From: Balamuthia mandrillaris
Lineage: Eukaryota
Length of the DNA stretch: 64,000 nt
Direction: 5' to 3'
Assembly: GCA_031835245.2 (NCBI GenBank)
Contig: JAVKOQ020000027.1
Location: 62,001 to 126,000, forward strand
Positions 62,301-64,000 of the stretch are shown here, one piece after another. A program made the position numbers and the translations under genes. Within the stretch, counting starts at the first letter, position 1. Every line of letters begins with the position of its first letter. The notes below the pieces were generated by a model. That model was given only the letters and a program-made list of their open reading frames with translations, did not search any database and had not been told where the DNA came from.

Positions 62301-63781
62301 TGAAAGCCTCCGAGCCATTTTATCCTCCTCTTCTTCACCCTCGACCGCCTCAAACTCTCCTGTTTTGACAAGCCAAACAAACGGAGTGTCCGCAGCAAAG
62401 GCACAAGGCCCAGCGGCACCTAGCAACGATGTTATAGAATTTGCCACAGGAGAGAAGGATGGTGCCTACGTTTCCTCGCTGAAGCGCTTACCTACGTTCT
62501 TATCGCTTCGTCGTGTTTCTTCTTCACAACGCAGTGCTGCACCGGTCGAAGTGAAGGACAGCTGTAATGAACCACAAAGCGTCAACACCCAACCGAAATT
62601 GCAATCGGATCGAGAGGATCGAGAGGATCTCCTGTCAAGTTATTTCGCGTTTCAAGAACTGGCAACAAAGGAACCTATCATCCAGCTACCGTATGTTTTG
62701 GAATATGCTCTCTCTGCAAAACAGATATCTTCTTCTTCTTCTTCTTCTTCTTCATCTTCTCCTTCGGACACTTCAAGCGATGCTCATTCCTCCTCATCTC
62801 CATCTTCAAATACCATCAACAACATTACCCCCTCTTCAACCAACACAATTCCTGACAAAATATTTGCCCTTGTTCTTTCATTTTCTGAGTCGCCACTTTA
62901 TGAGAACATGCCCGAAGTGCATATCCCCTTCGTTTTACCCTATCCTATGACAAACAAAAACGAAGAAAAAGCAAAAGAGGATCATTGCTCGGCTGCTTCA
63001 GTGTCATTATCAACCACCACAGACGAGGAAGAGAACATGTTCCCTTATCGTCATAACGTTACCATAGCTCTACGACCAAGAGCACCTCTACCAGTTTCAT
63101 TCCAAGTGAAAGCCACCTTTAACGACGAAGAGGGCAACCTTTGCGAGATGGATATGCAACCCATATCTCTGCACCTAGCCGACCTGTTTCTGCCCCTTTC
63201 CTTTCCCGAGTTGCTGGAGGATGTTCCTTCTCAGCAACATCGACTATGGGATCTTCTTTGGGAGAGAGTCCTACTGCCTCCTTCTGCCAGAAAGAACCAT
63301 GGTGCAAACAGAAATGGTCGTTCTAGCAGACAGGACGAATATTCCGACTATTCCTCCTCCGAAGAAGACGAAGAAGCTGAAGACAGCAGCGATGAACAAG
63401 AAGAGTGCGTTTCTTCCTTCTCCTTTTCTTTCATGACTAACACAATAGCACAATAACAGAATGGGGGCACAGTCGGTACGCTTTATCCCGTTGCCGAAAG
63501 AAGAAGTGGTATCTCTCGTAAGCATTCAACTTGGCGCTTTCGTGATCAGACCGACAACTACAACCACACAGGAAGAGGAGGAAAGGAAGGAAAAAGAGAC
63601 AAGCATGAAAGTGGCCATACGGTTAGCTCCGCGTTACCATCTTCTCCTTCGCTTTACCATCCACGAAAGCAGCACACTGGCCTACATTCGCACAGACTAT
63701 TGGCGAATACTCCCATTCTTAGATGGCTTCTTTGATGGCTTGCTTGCAAATCATGCCAACAACACCATCCTCACAAACTAA
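59302..63781 (+). CDS. AP5B1: AP-5 complex subunit beta-1-like protein, multi-exon
   Basis: LRAMACHCLEELELAHPCLL, QEETTHAAQAY, WVVGNDILSICR, DDVDIRDRAHFYYQLL and LAPRYHLLLRF..IRTDYWRILPFLD. Confidence 0.8.
59751..59906. repeat. Intronic (CTTGTG)n microsatellite
   Basis: Directly visible in AP5B1 intron 1. Confidence 0.9.
61248..61376 (+). other. U12-type AT-AC intron in the AP5B1-like gene
   Basis: 5' ATATCCTTTT, branch TTCTTAAC, and 3' TAC 14 nt after the branch motif. Removal gives EAKL-LALCSC in frame. Confidence 0.85.
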
Positions 63782-63825
63782 ATAGAGAGAAAGAAAGAGC
63801 AAGTTGAATCAACTGTATGTATGTT

Positions 63826-64000
63826 TTACTTCTTACCAAGATTTTGCATCAACTCTGTGATGTAGATTTGGTCCTGGCGATTCTTTGCTTTGCTGCGTAT
63901 CTCTTCGAGAGCGGCTGGGTCCTTCAGGTCCTTGAAGGCCACATCGGCCGCCTCCCTAAAGTACCCTATGCTCATGTACAACTCGATGCGCTCTCCCACC
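63826..64000 (-). CDS. C-terminus of a VPS16-like protein; the gene continues beyond the window
   Basis: VGERIELYMSIGYFREAADVAFKDLKDPAALEEIR resembles the VPS16 C-terminal helices. Only about 57 codons are visible. Confidence 0.6.
   Translation of the reverse strand, partial: VGERIELYMSIGYFREAADVAFKDLKDPAALEEIRSKAKNRQDQIYITELMQNLGKK

Overview
Gene-dense, intron-rich eukaryotic DNA with short introns that often carry microsatellites. The gene content and style suggest a free-living amoeba or similar protist (inference). From left to right the window holds: the right part of a DDD/E DNA transposon with a fold-back repeat and a 26-bp perfect palindrome; two intronless genes (ABC-F ATPase, APH/choline-kinase-like phosphotransferase); C2-C2-RasGAP; MCCC1; tRNA isopentenyltransferase; DNMT2; a Rac-like GTPase; an acylated unknown protein; cytochrome P450; a DsbA-like protein; an OTUD6-N-like protein; a CDF zinc transporter; TRAP1; an RWP-RK factor; eIF4G; RPL17; a DCN1-like gene; an AF4/FMR2-like gene; RNPC3 (U11/U12-65K); TBL1; VPS33; PEX10; an AP5B1-like gene; and the 3' end of a VPS16-like gene. 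The most notable unexplained features are (i) a 161-nt multi-stem intergenic element that looks like an unannotated structured RNA, (ii) an identical 99-bp self-complementary element in two divergent promoters that brackets MCCC1/IPT/DNMT2, (iii) two AT-AC minor introns either side of the TBL1-AP5B1 block near a minor-spliceosome gene, (iv) a bacterial-looking intronless ABC-F/phosphotransferase pair beside the transposon, and (v) a decayed, split tRNA-like element. Gene models were spliced by eye, CDS coordinates are whole-gene spans including introns, and no database searches were run.
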